Below are positions 40,469 through 50,984 of a stretch of DNA of 64,000 nucleotides, in pieces. The stretch's first letter is position 1, and the number at the start of each line of letters is the position of its first letter. The translations under genes were made by a program, and so were the position numbers. Under the pieces are notes generated by a model. It worked only from the letters and a program-made list of their open reading frames with translations. It did no database searches and was not told where the DNA came from. The stretch lies in assembly GCF_030013595.1 (NCBI RefSeq), contig NZ_CP122769.1; one strand, written 5' to 3'. The stretch comes from Escherichia coli. Lineage in GTDB: Bacteria > Pseudomonadota > Gammaproteobacteria > Enterobacterales > Enterobacteriaceae.

Positions 40469-41625
40469 TGAACCTGACGCCGGGGGGCAATGCCCCCGTT
40501 CCAGCCCAGGAGTTGCGGGTCCGGATCACCTCGGGCGGCCAGGTGGATGCTTCGGCGTTTCGCCTGTATGCCGACGGGAAGGTGCAGGGTGATGCGGACA
40601 TGGTGTTTTATGGTCAGCCACGTAACGATGATGGTACCGTCAGCCTGGTCAGTGAAGGCCAGTACTCAACCTTTACTGTCGCGCTCAACCGGCTGAAACC
40701 TGATGTCCAGAAAATTGCGTTCACCGTGACCTGTGACGGTGGGCAGACGGTGTCCGGTCTTCGTAATCTTTCCATCGACGTGGAGCAAGGGGCTACCGGC
40801 CTGGTTAGCGGCAGTGTCGAACTGAGCGGCCGTCAGGAAGCAGCCTTAATTCTGGGTGAATTTTACCGTCGTAATAATGACTGGAAATTCCGCTTCGTTG
40901 CGCAGGGGTTCAACGGTGGACTTAAACCGCTGGCAGAGCATTTCGGCGTAAATATTGCCGACGAACCGGCTCCCGCAGCCCCGACTCCTCCGGTTGTAAC
41001 CCCTCCGCCAGTTGAGACAAAAATCAGCCTGAGCAAGGTATCGCTGACAAAAGAGAAGCCTGCAATCAGCCTGACCAAACGGGATAACTTCGGTGAAATC
41101 CGGATCAACCTGAACTGGCACCGGGGCAGCGGCAAATCAGGCTTTGCAGGCATGTTCGGCTCCAAAGGAATCGACCTGGATCTGGGGGCCTTTGTTGAGC
41201 TTCAGGACGGGTATAAATCGGTCATTCAGGCGCTCGGTAATGCATTCGGTAATTATCGCGATGAACCGTATGTTCAGCTCAAGGGCGATGACCGGACGGG
41301 TGATGTATCAGACGGCGAGTGGCTGCATATCAATGGACGTGAATGGAAGCATATCCGCGAAGTGCTGATTTACGCCTTTATTTATGAAGGTGTTCCCAGC
41401 TGGGACAAGACTGATGGTGTGGTCACCATTCATGTGCCGGATCAACCGCCCATTGAGACCCGCCTGACCGAAGGTGAAAACCGTCGCACATTGTGCGCCA
41501 TTGCCAGACTCGTAAACGAAAACGGCGCAATTAAAGTCGAGCGAATTAACCAGTACTTCAAAGGCCAGGACGAAATGGACCGGGCATTTGGCTGGGGATT
41601 TCGCTGGAGCGCCGGTTCTAAATAA
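40468..41625 (+). CDS. terA: tellurite resistance protein TerA
   Basis: 385-aa TerD-like protein at the TerA position; start overlaps terZ stop (TAATG). Confidence 0.85.
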   Translation: MNLTPGGNAPVPAQELRVRITSGGQVDASAFRLYADGKVQGDADMVFYGQPRNDDGTVSLVSEGQYSTFTVALNRLKPDVQKIAFTVTCDGGQTVSGLRNLSIDVEQGATGLVSGSVELSGRQEAALILGEFYRRNNDWKFRFVAQGFNGGLKPLAEHFGVNIADEPAPAAPTPPVVTPPPVETKISLSKVSLTKEKPAISLTKRDNFGEIRINLNWHRGSGKSGFAGMFGSKGIDLDLGAFVELQDGYKSVIQALGNAFGNYRDEPYVQLKGDDRTGDVSDGEWLHINGREWKHIREVLIYAFIYEGVPSWDKTDGVVTIHVPDQPPIETRLTEGENRRTLCAIARLVNENGAIKVERINQYFKGQDEMDRAFGWGFRWSAGSK

Positions 41626-41647
41626 CACAGCAACAAAGGAAACAGGT

Positions 41648-42103
41648 ATGAGCTTTTTCGACAAGGTAAAAGGTGCCATTAACTCTGGCCGGGACGAACT
41701 GACCCGCCAGGTTGGTCGTTTCAAAAACAAAAAATTTATGCACGGCACCGTTGCTGTATGTGCCCGTATTGCCGTATCGAGTGACGGCGTGAGTTCGGAA
41801 GAAAAGCAGAAAATGATGGGCTTTCTTCGCTCTTCAGAAGAGCTGAAGGTCTTCGATACCAATGAGGTGATCGAGTTCTTCAATAAACTGGTTTCAAGCT
41901 TCGATTTCGATGTTGAAATCGGCAAGGGCGAAACCATGAAATACATCCTGGCGCTGAAAGATCAGCCTGAGGCCGCTCAGCTGGCCTTACGTGTTGGTAT
42001 TGCCGTTGCGAAAAGTGACGGTAACTTCGATCAGGACGAGAAACTGGCCTCCCGCGAGATCGCTATCGCGTTGGGCTTCGACCCGGCTGAATTTGGCCTC
42101 TGA
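41648..42103 (+). CDS. terB: tellurite resistance protein TerB
   Basis: Start set at MSFFDKVKGA with RBS AGGAAACAGG; TerB-like sequence; listed ORF has a 20-codon upstream extension. Confidence 0.85.
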   Translation: MSFFDKVKGAINSGRDELTRQVGRFKNKKFMHGTVAVCARIAVSSDGVSSEEKQKMMGFLRSSEELKVFDTNEVIEFFNKLVSSFDFDVEIGKGETMKYILALKDQPEAAQLALRVGIAVAKSDGNFDQDEKLASREIAIALGFDPAEFGL

Positions 42104-42125
42104 TCCACATCCCTAAGGGTAAAAT

Positions 42126-43166
42126 ATGGTTTCCACACACATCGGCTTCCCGACTGAAACGGTCATTGTTTTCATTGCGCTTTCAGTCGGTGCCATCTTT
42201 ATTGACCTGTTTATGCACCGTGATGACAAGCCCATTTCCCTGAAGAGTGCGGCGCTCTGGTCCGTATTCTGGGTTGTGGTTGCGATGGCATTTGCCGGTT
42301 TCCTCTACATCCACCACGGTGCTGAGGTTGCCAGCCTGTTTGTAACGGGTTATGCGCTGGAGAAAGTGCTGTCGGTCGACAACCTGTTTGTCATGATGGC
42401 CATCTTCTCCTGGTTCGCCGTTCCTGATCGTTACCGCCACCGTGTTCTCTACTGGGGGATCATTGGTGCCATCGTCTTCAGGGGCATCTTTGTCGCCATC
42501 GGTACGAGCCTGCTGAGTCTGGGGCCGTATGTTGAAGTTGTCTTCGCTATCATCGTCGCCTGGACGGCGGTCATGATGCTTAAAAGCGGTGATGACGATG
42601 ATGAAATTGAGGATTATTCCCAGCATCTGGCTTACCGCATGGTTAAACGCTTCTTCCCTATCTGGCCGAAGCTCAGAGGTCATGCTTTCCTGCTTAACCA
42701 GAAGGAAGTGGATGCCGAACTGGCGAAACCAGAAAACAGCGATGTCACCATTGGCCGTGGTAAAAAGGCGGCGCTGTATGCGACCCCTCTGTTCCTGTGT
42801 GTGGCCGTGGTTGAACTCTCGGATGTTATGTTTGCGTTTGACTCGGTACCGGCAATCATTGCCGTCAGTCGTGAACCGCTTATCGTCTATAGTGCCATGA
42901 TGTTTGCTATCCTGGGCCTGCGTACTCTGTACTTTGTCCTTGAAGCACTGAAACAGTACCTGGTTCATCTGGAGAAGGCCGTTATCGTGCTGCTGTTCTT
43001 CATCGCGGCAAAACTGGGCCTGAATGCGACCGATCACATTTGGCATCATGGTTACAGCATCGCGGCGACAACCAGCCTGTATGTTGTACTGGGTGTTTTG
43101 GCGCTGGGCATTCTCGCAAGCGTCATGTTCCCGGGCAAACCTGAATCTGAGGAAAAGGGGAGCTGA
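42126..43166 (+). CDS. terC: integral membrane protein TerC
   Basis: 346 aa, multiple hydrophobic helices, conserved TerC-family sequence. Confidence 0.9.
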   Translation: MVSTHIGFPTETVIVFIALSVGAIFIDLFMHRDDKPISLKSAALWSVFWVVVAMAFAGFLYIHHGAEVASLFVTGYALEKVLSVDNLFVMMAIFSWFAVPDRYRHRVLYWGIIGAIVFRGIFVAIGTSLLSLGPYVEVVFAIIVAWTAVMMLKSGDDDDEIEDYSQHLAYRMVKRFFPIWPKLRGHAFLLNQKEVDAELAKPENSDVTIGRGKKAALYATPLFLCVAVVELSDVMFAFDSVPAIIAVSREPLIVYSAMMFAILGLRTLYFVLEALKQYLVHLEKAVIVLLFFIAAKLGLNATDHIWHHGYSIAATTSLYVVLGVLALGILASVMFPGKPESEEKGS

Positions 43167-43214
43167 TCCCCTGAAGTGTTAACCTGAACAATTACTAATC
43201 GAAGAGGTTATTTT

Positions 43215-43793
43215 ATGAGTGTTTCTCTTTCCAAAGGCGGGAACGTCTCCCTGAGTAAAGCAGCTCCGTCAATGAAAAACGTCCTGGTGGGCCTTGGCTG
43301 GGATGCGCGTTCAACAGACGGTCAGGACTTTGACCTGGATGCTTCAGCATTCCTGCTGGCCGCAAATGGCAAAGTGCGCGGCGATTCAGATTTCATCTTC
43401 TATAACAACCTGACGTCATCTGACGGTTCCGTAACCCATACCGGTGATAACCGTACCGGTGAAGGTGATGGTGATGATGAATCGCTGAAAATTAAACTGG
43501 ACGCCGTCCCGTCTGATGTTGACAAGATCATCTTCGTTGTCACTATCCATGATGCTCAGGCTCGTCGCCAGAGCTTTGGTCAGGTATCCGGTGCGTTTAT
43601 TCGCCTGGTCAATGACGATAACCAGACTGAAGTCGCTCGCTACGATCTGACCGAAGATGCGTCCACTGAGACTGCCATGCTGTTCGGCGAGCTGTATCGC
43701 CACAATGGTGAGTGGAAATTCCGCGCAGTGGGCCAGGGTTATGCTGGTGGTCTGGCATCTGTATGTGCTCAGTACGGCATTAACGCGTCCTGA
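43215..43793 (+). CDS. terD: tellurite resistance protein TerD
   Basis: [14 protein letters not shown]-terminus and [13 protein letters not shown] signature. Confidence 0.9.
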   Translation: MSVSLSKGGNVSLSKAAPSMKNVLVGLGWDARSTDGQDFDLDASAFLLAANGKVRGDSDFIFYNNLTSSDGSVTHTGDNRTGEGDGDDESLKIKLDAVPSDVDKIIFVVTIHDAQARRQSFGQVSGAFIRLVNDDNQTEVARYDLTEDASTETAMLFGELYRHNGEWKFRAVGQGYAGGLASVCAQYGINAS

Positions 43794-43860
43794 TCGAAAA
43801 GTAACTTTTCACCCGGGGCTGTTAATGCAGCCCTCATTCAACTGTTTGCAGGAGCTAAAA

Positions 43861-44436
43861 ATGGCAGTTTCTCTCGTAAAAGGCGGCAACGTATCTCTGA
43901 CCAAAGAAGCACCAACCATGAATATCGCTATGGTTGGCCTCGGCTGGGATGCCCGTGTAACTGACGGTCAGGCTTTTGACCTGGACGCTTCCGTGTTCGC
44001 AGTAGGCGAAGACGGTAAAGTGCTGTCAGATGCGCATTTCATTTTCTTCAATAACAAAACCAGCCCTGATGGCGCGGTAGAGCACCAGGGCGACAACCGT
44101 ACCGGTGAAGGCGACGGTGACGATGAGCAGGTCAAAATCGATCTGACCAAAGTCTCAGCAGATATCAAAAAACTGGTGTTTGCCGTTACCATCTATGATG
44201 CAGAAGCGCGTAAACAAAACTTCGGCATGGTGAGCAACAGCTTCATGCGCGTTTACAACAACGACAACGGCACGGAAATTGCCCGTTTCGATCTGTCTGA
44301 AGATGCCTCAACCGAAACCGCTATGGTCTTCGGTGAACTGTATCGTCATGGCGCTGAGTGGAAGTTTAAAGCTGTCGGTCAGGGCTTTGCCGGTGGCCTG
44401 GCGGCTCTTGCCTCCCAGCACGGCGTTAACATCTAA
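43861..44436 (+). CDS. terE: tellurite resistance protein TerE
   Basis: Start set at [13 protein letters not shown] with RBS CAGGAG; [13 protein letters not shown] signature; listed ORF has a 68-codon upstream extension overlapping terD. Confidence 0.9.
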   Translation: MAVSLVKGGNVSLTKEAPTMNIAMVGLGWDARVTDGQAFDLDASVFAVGEDGKVLSDAHFIFFNNKTSPDGAVEHQGDNRTGEGDGDDEQVKIDLTKVSADIKKLVFAVTIYDAEARKQNFGMVSNSFMRVYNNDNGTEIARFDLSEDASTETAMVFGELYRHGAEWKFKAVGQGFAGGLAALASQHGVNI

Positions 44437-44453
44437 AACAACGCTGAATCATA

Positions 44454-44478
44454 CCCCGGCAATGCCGGGGTTTTTTTT
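44454..44478 (+). terminator. Rho-independent terminator CCCCGGCAATGCCGGGG + T8
   Basis: Perfect 7-bp GC stem, 3-nt loop and TTTTTTTT, 18 bp after terE stop. Confidence 0.65.
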
Positions 44479-44864
44479 GGTTGCGATCCGCTTTCAGGAG
44501 GGAGTAGTAGAAAGGGGACTGGAAATTTCAGAAAGCAGGTCATGTTAATTCAGACCTGAGCCTTTTAAAGGCAGGAAACGGATTTATCTCTGGTTGCTGG
44601 TTAAAGCCGGTATTCCGTGCCTTTTATCAACAGAATGCCCCTCTGATATATGTTACTTTTGCGGTTTATGAAGGAACGGGATCTGGAACATAAGATACCC
44701 GGTCAATCAAAATTCCAGTTCAACAGGTATAGAAACTTCAGCGTGATGAAATATGGTGTCACACCATATATACGCCTCACCAGAAATCCAGCGTCCTGAA
44801 CTAAGCCTGGGGAACATATATAAGCGCTGCGCTTTAAAAATAATCAAAAATCAGGAGAGTTAAT

Positions 44865-46106
44865 GTGAATCTACAATCCGGACAAAACATACCGCTTCAG
44901 CAATCTGCGATCAGGCTGAATCTTCAGTACCCTGCCAAATCCGGCTTTAAAGGCGAACCCGATACCTGCCTCTTCCTGCTTAATGCTCAGGGAAAGGTAA
45001 CCGGCGATTCTGACTTTATCTTTTATAATAATCTGTCTTCTCCTGAAGGGGCAGTAAAGCTCGTTACCGGTTCTCAGCAGTCCAGCATTGAGATAGCACT
45101 GGATCGTGTTCCGGCGAACGTCAGTAAGATTGCGATCACCGTTGTCATTGATGGTGAAGATACTATCAGTGGGCTCAGTTTATTGAGCATTCAGGCTCCT
45201 GGTATCGCTGATTTTCAGGCTGAGACTCAGGGCCGCAGTGAGAAAGCAATCATCCTGGGTGAAGTATATCGGCACAATGGCGCCTGGAAGCTTCGTGCGC
45301 TCGGGCAGGGTTTCAACGGTGGTCTTGAGCCTCTGGCCATTAGCTTTGGCGTTGATGTCGCACAGCCAGCTCCGCAGCCAGCAAAGCCCGCTCGTATCAG
45401 TCTGGAAAAGAAACTTGAAACCAGATCTCCGCGCCTCGTAAGCCTCGCTAAAAAAGCCTCGGTCAGTCTCACTAAAAATAAACTGGACACCCTTGAGGCA
45501 GCGGTTGCATTTGTACTTGACGCATCCGGCTCAATGAGTGGCCAGTTCAGTAAGGGCAACGTTCAGTCTGTGCTGGACCGCATCGCCGTTCTTGCCGCCC
45601 AGTTCGACGACGACGGTGAAATGGATGTCTGGGGATTTGGAGAGAAGCACAAGAAGTATCCAAACGTCACACTGGACAACCTGGACACATATATTCAGTC
45701 CATTCGCGGGTCTGGAAAGCGTTCAGCCTGGGAGAACCTGCCGGGACTTGGTGGGACAAACAATGAGCCCCCTGTGATGGAAGAAATTGTCGACTACTTT
45801 AAGGACTCGAAAATCCCGGTATATGTTGTATTTATTACCGATGGCGGGATCAGCAAGACCCGGGCGATTAAAGATGCAATCCGGCGTTCTGCCAACTACC
45901 CCATCTTCTGGAAGTTTGTCGGCCTGGGTGGTTCAAGCTACGGTATCCTCAAAAATCTGGATGACTTTACTGACCGCCGGGTTGATAACACCCACTTCTT
46001 TGCCATGGATGATTTCGGTTCGATCAGCGATGAAAAGTTATATGATAATTTACTGGAAGAATTCAGACCGTGGATCGATGAAACAAAAAGGTTAGGCATC
46101 CTGTAA
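44865..46106 (+). CDS. terF: TerF: TerD-like N-terminal domain fused to vWA-like C-terminal domain, GTG start
   Basis: GTG start with RBS CAGGAGAG; N-terminal TerD-like region ([14 protein letters not shown]); C-terminal MIDAS-like LDASGSM and FITDGGIS. Confidence 0.8.
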
Positions 46107-46668
46107 TACGCACAGTTTTCGCATGGTTAAAGGAGCTCTACAGCAGCTTAATACTGTAGAGCCTTTGTTCACTGGAAATCGTACAGGGAGGAGCATATGG
46201 ACCGCATCAAGTACCTGAAATGGATAGCTGAAGAATCACCAACTGATGATGAAATCGACAACTACGATAGTATCATTAGTCGGGGCGCAGAAAGGGCCGA
46301 GAAGGTTCAGTTGTCTTTAAGACGTTAATATACGGGAGTTTAAATGTTCGCAGAAATCAAAGATAATTATTCGTTAGGTGGATAAAGAAAGGTTGCCATT
46401 ACCAGCTTTCGACGAGTCGAAAATAAAAACCTTATTTATAGTGACAGGGAGTATGAGCTGACGCTTGCCAATGGAACAATAATTAAAAATGTACTTAGAA
46501 AAGAAGAGTGGGAACTGTTAGAAAGCAATTCAATTAAGGTTATATTATAACGAAAATATATTTACAGTTTTGGATAGGTTTCAAACGAGTCCGGACATTT
46601 GTACCTGAAGTATCTGACATTACAGTTAAGTGACGATTATGTCAGCACGTCTGTTGCTGGCAGCTTAG

Positions 46669-46950
46669 CTATCGGTCTAAAAGCTGATCCATTAATAATT
46701 CTTCGTAAAGCCCAGAGGTATCGGGCTTTATTACAATATCCGTTATTTCGAAGCGTTCAAGTACAAATTGCAGATATTCCGGAGTAACGTAGTAGGGATC
46801 AGGTTCAGCCAGATTAGTATAGAGTGGGTCTTCTGCTGCATTAATGTCATAATCAATGCACATATGAAACCACTGCAAAGGTGGATCCCAGCCTAACATC
46901 ACCTGAACAATTCCCTGATTGCTTTTCACCTCATACCAGTGCTGGCTCAT
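46669..46950 (-). CDS. hypothetical small protein
   Basis: 93-aa ORF; no recognisable motifs. Confidence 0.3.
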   Translation of the reverse strand: MSQHWYEVKSNQGIVQVMLGWDPPLQWFHMCIDYDINAAEDPLYTNLAEPDPYYVTPEYLQFVLERFEITDIVIKPDTSGLYEELLMDQLLDR

Positions 46951-46999
46951 ACTTAGTCCTTAAGAAAATTTGTCATCGGAAAATAACACGAAGCCTGCA

Positions 47000-47191
47000 T
47001 CATCGAGGCGCATAACCTTCTTCCCTTAACGCCTGTTGTAATTTATCAACTGCGCTTTTCATTACCCAGGCTTCTTCGTCACTCACAGCACAACCACGTA
47101 GATCGCTCCAGCTCAGACGTTTAACAAATTGAGCAAGGGCCATAGTTTCGTTCTCATCAAGCCGCAAACTCAGTGTCTCAATACCTTCCAC
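47000..47191 (-). CDS. hypothetical small protein
   Basis: 63-aa ORF upstream of and co-directional with 46669-46950; no recognisable motifs. Confidence 0.3.
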   Translation of the reverse strand: MEGIETLSLRLDENETMALAQFVKRLSWSDLRGCAVSDEEAWVMKSAVDKLQQALREEGYAPR

Positions 47192-47282
47192 TATCTAACC
47201 TCCCTTATAATGAAAAATGGCGCTTTACTTCTGACCAGATGCCGAAGCCTTGAATGCAGCCGGAACTGTCGTTGTTTCTACT

Positions 47283-47654
47283 TTACAGAAATGGAATTAA
47301 AAAGTGGTGATGCTGGGCACGTTTCTTTTCCAGCCGGGGTTTAAGCCAGAGCTGAAACTCATTCAACTTCTCAGCAGCCAAAACCGCTTCAACGGGGAAA
47401 ACTTTATATTTACCCTGTTGCTGAGGTTCACCCAGCCATCGCCTGATGGCTCCGTCAGTCCATAAACGAGTCTCTTTTAGCCTAGTTACAGTGACCCATT
47501 TTCTGGACCATTCATCAAATTGTCGCTGGCGATCCCGATAACGTTGTTCTTCCTGCTGCCGAAGCCACTCGCGATCAACAGCAAATTTTCGGTATCCAAC
47601 AAAGAGCCCTTGTACTTTGGCCATGTCATATTCCGGTTGCTTAGAGTTACTCAT
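47283..47654 (-). CDS. hypothetical protein
   Basis: 123-aa ORF, basic and Arg/Gln-rich; no recognisable motifs. Confidence 0.35.
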   Translation of the reverse strand: MSNSKQPEYDMAKVQGLFVGYRKFAVDREWLRQQEEQRYRDRQRQFDEWSRKWVTVTRLKETRLWTDGAIRRWLGEPQQQGKYKVFPVEAVLAAEKLNEFQLWLKPRLEKKRAQHHHFLIPFL

Positions 47655-47957
47655 TCAACCAAAACCTAAACGTCGATACAAACTCTGTTTCATAACCAGG
47701 GTTTTATCCTTACCGCGACAGTAAGTAACAGGGGCTGCATAAACCGGTCATTTAGTCCGTTATGCAAAAATTATTGAGGATCCGGGCTGTTAAACTGTTC
47801 TTCCTCTTTCGCTTCCGGTGAAAAGGGGAGGTGTCACCCTGCGAGCCCGTGTAGTGAAAGGGATTCGTCGTAATACAGGCCAAAGGCTAACATGACCGCA
47901 AAGGACGCCCGGGCGACCGGATACCTGCCGGGTTGTGCGATGTAAAATCCGGAAGCA

Positions 47958-48389
47958 GTGATAACACAAACAGGCCCCTACAGCGTAAGGATTGTGATGG
48001 ACGATAAAGAGCAGTTTACGAATCTTGTGGCAAAGCATGCCTCCGGACTCACCGAAGAGCAGCTGGCCGGGTACGATGCCTGTTCCCTGGATGGTGAATG
48101 CGTCACGCCTTCATACGAGGTTTTCCGGGGGTATCGTACCCGCCACACACTGGATGAATTTCTGGAGATGGCCATATCGCTGAATGCCATCCACCCGGAT
48201 GAATATTTAACGGATATGCTGCTGAAGCCTCATGAGGTGATCGGCGCTCTGGCCGATGAAGGCGACCAGCTGAACAACGCCACCCCGGTTTATTTCTTTC
48301 CGGATACCGGCGTCTATGCAGCGGCCGTTAGTGAAACCCGGGTGCTCGATGCCTGGCTTTGCTGGCCATGCTACCCGGCGAACTGGTAA
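47958..48389 (+). CDS. hypothetical protein
   Basis: 143-aa ORF; the internal ATG (MDDKEQF) may be the true start. No recognisable motifs. Confidence 0.3.
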   Translation: MITQTGPYSVRIVMDDKEQFTNLVAKHASGLTEEQLAGYDACSLDGECVTPSYEVFRGYRTRHTLDEFLEMAISLNAIHPDEYLTDMLLKPHEVIGALADEGDQLNNATPVYFFPDTGVYAAAVSETRVLDAWLCWPCYPANW

Positions 48390-48457
48390 CGCGGCCGTTG
48401 GAATTGCACCGGCCGGATACGAATTTAACCGACCCCGTGGCGGGAAGGCTATCAGAG

Positions 48458-48710
48458 TTGCATGTCCTCATCCCTCAAGCCCCCTGCCAGGCCCCAACGT
48501 GCTGTCAGGCTTCGCCTGATTCCCGATCTGCGCCGATACTTCAGCCGATAACTTTTTGTTTTCTTTTTATTTTCTTCCCATCTCCTCAAAAATCGCGGGC
48601 GGCGTGGACAGGGCACCATTGCCGCATGTGGGGTCTTAATAAGGGCAGGGTGGTCAGTTTTGCTCGATGCCAGGGGTAGGCCCTCCCCTTCATGGGATGA
48701 GGACATGCAA
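48458..48710. repeat. 253-bp segment bounded by a perfect 17-bp inverted repeat (TTGCATGTCCTCATCCC / GGGATGAGGACATGCAA)
   Basis: Inverted repeat read directly from sequence at 48458-48474 and 48694-48710; interior is non-coding. Confidence 0.35.
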
Positions 48711-48862
48711 GTAAGCTAACTATCTGAAATGACGAAGGTTCATTTGGTGAATGTCGCTTCATATTAATGTTGTGTCACTTATGATCGTATGTAGCTGGTT
48801 GCAAAGAGGAGCGATGAGACAATAAAGTTGTATCGCTAACAAGATTTATGCTGCCACATAGT

Positions 48863-48960
48863 AACAGCCTAAAAGTTGTACGCCCTATTTAACAGCTTTT
48901 AGGCTGTTAATTTGATATTACAGCTTTTAGGGTGTATGTTTAGGAAACAGCCTGCAAGGT
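48863..48960 (+). promoter_or_regulatory. hipBA promoter/operator region with repeated ACAGCYTW-type palindromes
   Basis: Palindromes AACAGCCTAAAAG..., AACAGCTTTTAGGCTGTT, ACAGCTTTTAGGGTGT, AACAGCCTGCAAGGTGT; embedded TTGATA - 17 bp - TATGTT (48912-48940) promoter-like hexamers. Confidence 0.45.
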
Positions 48961-48989
48961 GTATCAGAGGAAACTACTGAGGCCAGCTT

Positions 48990-49286
48990 ATGATCAATAA
49001 TGATTACCCGTTAAACACGCTCAACCAGCTGCGTCCCTTGCTCATTGGTTTTCGCAAGGCGAATGGCCTGACGCAAAAAGACCTGTCCGAAAGGTTAGGC
49101 GTCACTCAACAGACATACTCACGTCTGGAAGCCAACCCTGCCAGTGCGAGCATTGAACGGCTATTCAAGGTGTTTTCCATCCTGGGCGTAAAAATCAGCT
49201 TCTCCTCGGCAACCACCTCTTCAGAGAGGAAGCAGACGGAAGAAATGCTTAAATCAAACTCACCTGCACGACAGGAGGATTGGTAA
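48990..49286 (+). CDS. hipB: HipB antitoxin (Cro/C1-type HTH)
   Basis: HTH segment GLTQKDLSERLGVTQQTYSRLE; immediately upstream of hipA with 4-bp gap. Confidence 0.85.
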   Translation: MINNDYPLNTLNQLRPLLIGFRKANGLTQKDLSERLGVTQQTYSRLEANPASASIERLFKVFSILGVKISFSSATTSSERKQTEEMLKSNSPARQEDW

Positions 49287-49290
49287 CGAT

Positions 49291-50616
49291 ATGAGCCGGA
49301 AACAGCAACGTCTGGTAATTTGGATGAACGGCATCAAAGTCGGGTACTGGGAAAAAAGCAAAGGGGTAGACAGCTTAGAATACCTTCCTGAATGGGTTGC
49401 TGACGAACAGGGAAGGCCGCTGTCATTGTCCCTTCCTTTTACTCCCGGGAACCAGGTCTGGCGTGGAAATGTGGTACGTGACTATTTTGATAATTTACTG
49501 CCGGACAGCGAAGGCATACGCAGACGTCTGGCAATGCGTTACAAGGCCGATAGCCTGGAGCCTTTTGATCTGCTGACGGAGCTGGGAAAAGACTGCGTGG
49601 GCGCGATACAGCTGCTTCATGACGGAGATGAACCCACTGATTTATATTCCGTGAAGTATCACCCGCTTACTGAATCAGAAATTGCGGCAACTTTGCGTAA
49701 TACCACGGAGACATTGCTACCGGGCAGGCCAGAAGATAACGACGACTTACGTTTATCTATTGCCGGTGCTCAGGAGAAAACAGCCCTACTGTGGCATGAA
49801 GATCGGTGGTGTATGCCGGAGGGTAATACACCAACGACGCATATATTCAAGCTACCGCTCGGACTTGTGGGGAACATGAAAGCCGACATGAGCTCGTCGG
49901 TTGAAAATGAATGGCTCTGCTCGGTACTTCTCGGCCAGTACGGGCTCCCCGTGGCAAGAACGCAGATTGCTCACTTTGAAGATCAGAAAGCGCTGGTGGT
50001 AGAACGTTTTGACCGAAAATGGTCAGGAGACGGACAATGGATCATTCGTTTACCCCAGGAGGATATGTGTCAGGCCCTGGGCGTTTCGCCATTACGAAAA
50101 TATCAGGCGGACGGCGGGCCAGGTATATCGGAAATTATGGAGGTTCTGAGTAATTCAGACCGTGCTGAGCGTGACAAAGCGCAGTTTTTTATGACGCAGA
50201 TAATTTTCTGGATGATGGCCGCAACAGATGGCCACGCTAAAAATTTCAGTATTTCTATTGGGCCACAGGGACGTTATCACCTTACACCAAACTATGATGT
50301 GTTGTCGGCATGGCCGGTGATCGGTCATGGGAACAATCAGATATCCTGGCAGAAGTGCAAACTGGCGATGGCCGTACGTGGCAGTAGCAACTATTACCAG
50401 ATATATCGAATACAACGACGCCACTGGATCAGGCATGGTGAGATAACCGGCCTGAGTAAACAGCAGACAGAGGCGATGATAGAGGAAATCATCGCCAGAA
50501 CCCCGGGTGTCATTGAACGTGTTAGCGGGCTTCTTCCGGACCAGTTCCCCCAGCAGCTTGCGGAAAGTATTTTTGATGGAATGAGGCAGCAATGCAGGCG
50601 CCTGGCTGAGAAATGA
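49291..50616 (+). CDS. hipA: HipA serine/threonine kinase toxin
   Basis: Colinear with E. coli HipA including SIAGAQEKTALL, VERFDR, RLPQEDMCQ and ATDGHAKNFS motifs. Confidence 0.9.
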   Translation: MSRKQQRLVIWMNGIKVGYWEKSKGVDSLEYLPEWVADEQGRPLSLSLPFTPGNQVWRGNVVRDYFDNLLPDSEGIRRRLAMRYKADSLEPFDLLTELGKDCVGAIQLLHDGDEPTDLYSVKYHPLTESEIAATLRNTTETLLPGRPEDNDDLRLSIAGAQEKTALLWHEDRWCMPEGNTPTTHIFKLPLGLVGNMKADMSSSVENEWLCSVLLGQYGLPVARTQIAHFEDQKALVVERFDRKWSGDGQWIIRLPQEDMCQALGVSPLRKYQADGGPGISEIMEVLSNSDRAERDKAQFFMTQIIFWMMAATDGHAKNFSISIGPQGRYHLTPNYDVLSAWPVIGHGNNQISWQKCKLAMAVRGSSNYYQIYRIQRRHWIRHGEITGLSKQQTEAMIEEIIARTPGVIERVSGLLPDQFPQQLAESIFDGMRQQCRRLAEK

Positions 50617-50676
50617 CAGCCGCAATTTATAGTGTGCATGTTTTCAGAATAGCTGATGTAAGCGTGAGGATTCAGT

Positions 50677-50883
50677 ATGACTGAAGAACAAAAAAGAATA
50701 GAGCGGGCTATTGAGTTGGCTTGTCGTTACGGCGGAACCGATGAAATGCATCATCTGCAATGGGTCGTGGATCAGATGGTAAGAGAACTTGCTGGAGAAC
50801 GTTATGCACAGATTGTAGCTGATGCCACCAGCGGAGAAGATGGGCCTGATACTTACAAATGGAGTGTTGGGATCGCGCCTTAA
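50677..50883 (+). CDS. hypothetical small protein
   Basis: 68-aa ORF with RBS GAGGA upstream; no recognisable motifs. Confidence 0.35.
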   Translation: MTEEQKRIERAIELACRYGGTDEMHHLQWVVDQMVRELAGERYAQIVADATSGEDGPDTYKWSVGIAP

Positions 50884-50984
50884 CAGCTGTCGGTCTGGGG
50901 GTGAAAACGTATTCTTCATTCAGCGAATTCCCAGGCTTCACATTAAGACTAAAGCGGCGGCCGCAGTAACGTAAGAGAAAATAA

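Noticed and set aside
40846-43049. Long antisense ORFs within terA, terB and terC (for example 42183-43049 minus strand, 288 aa)
   Set aside because: They lie fully inside strongly supported ter genes on the opposite strand in GC-rich sequence; typical shadow ORFs.
47700-47957. Possible structured ncRNA or retron-like element in a GC-rich non-coding stretch
   Set aside because: No reverse transcriptase gene nearby and no convincing conserved secondary structure could be established by inspection.
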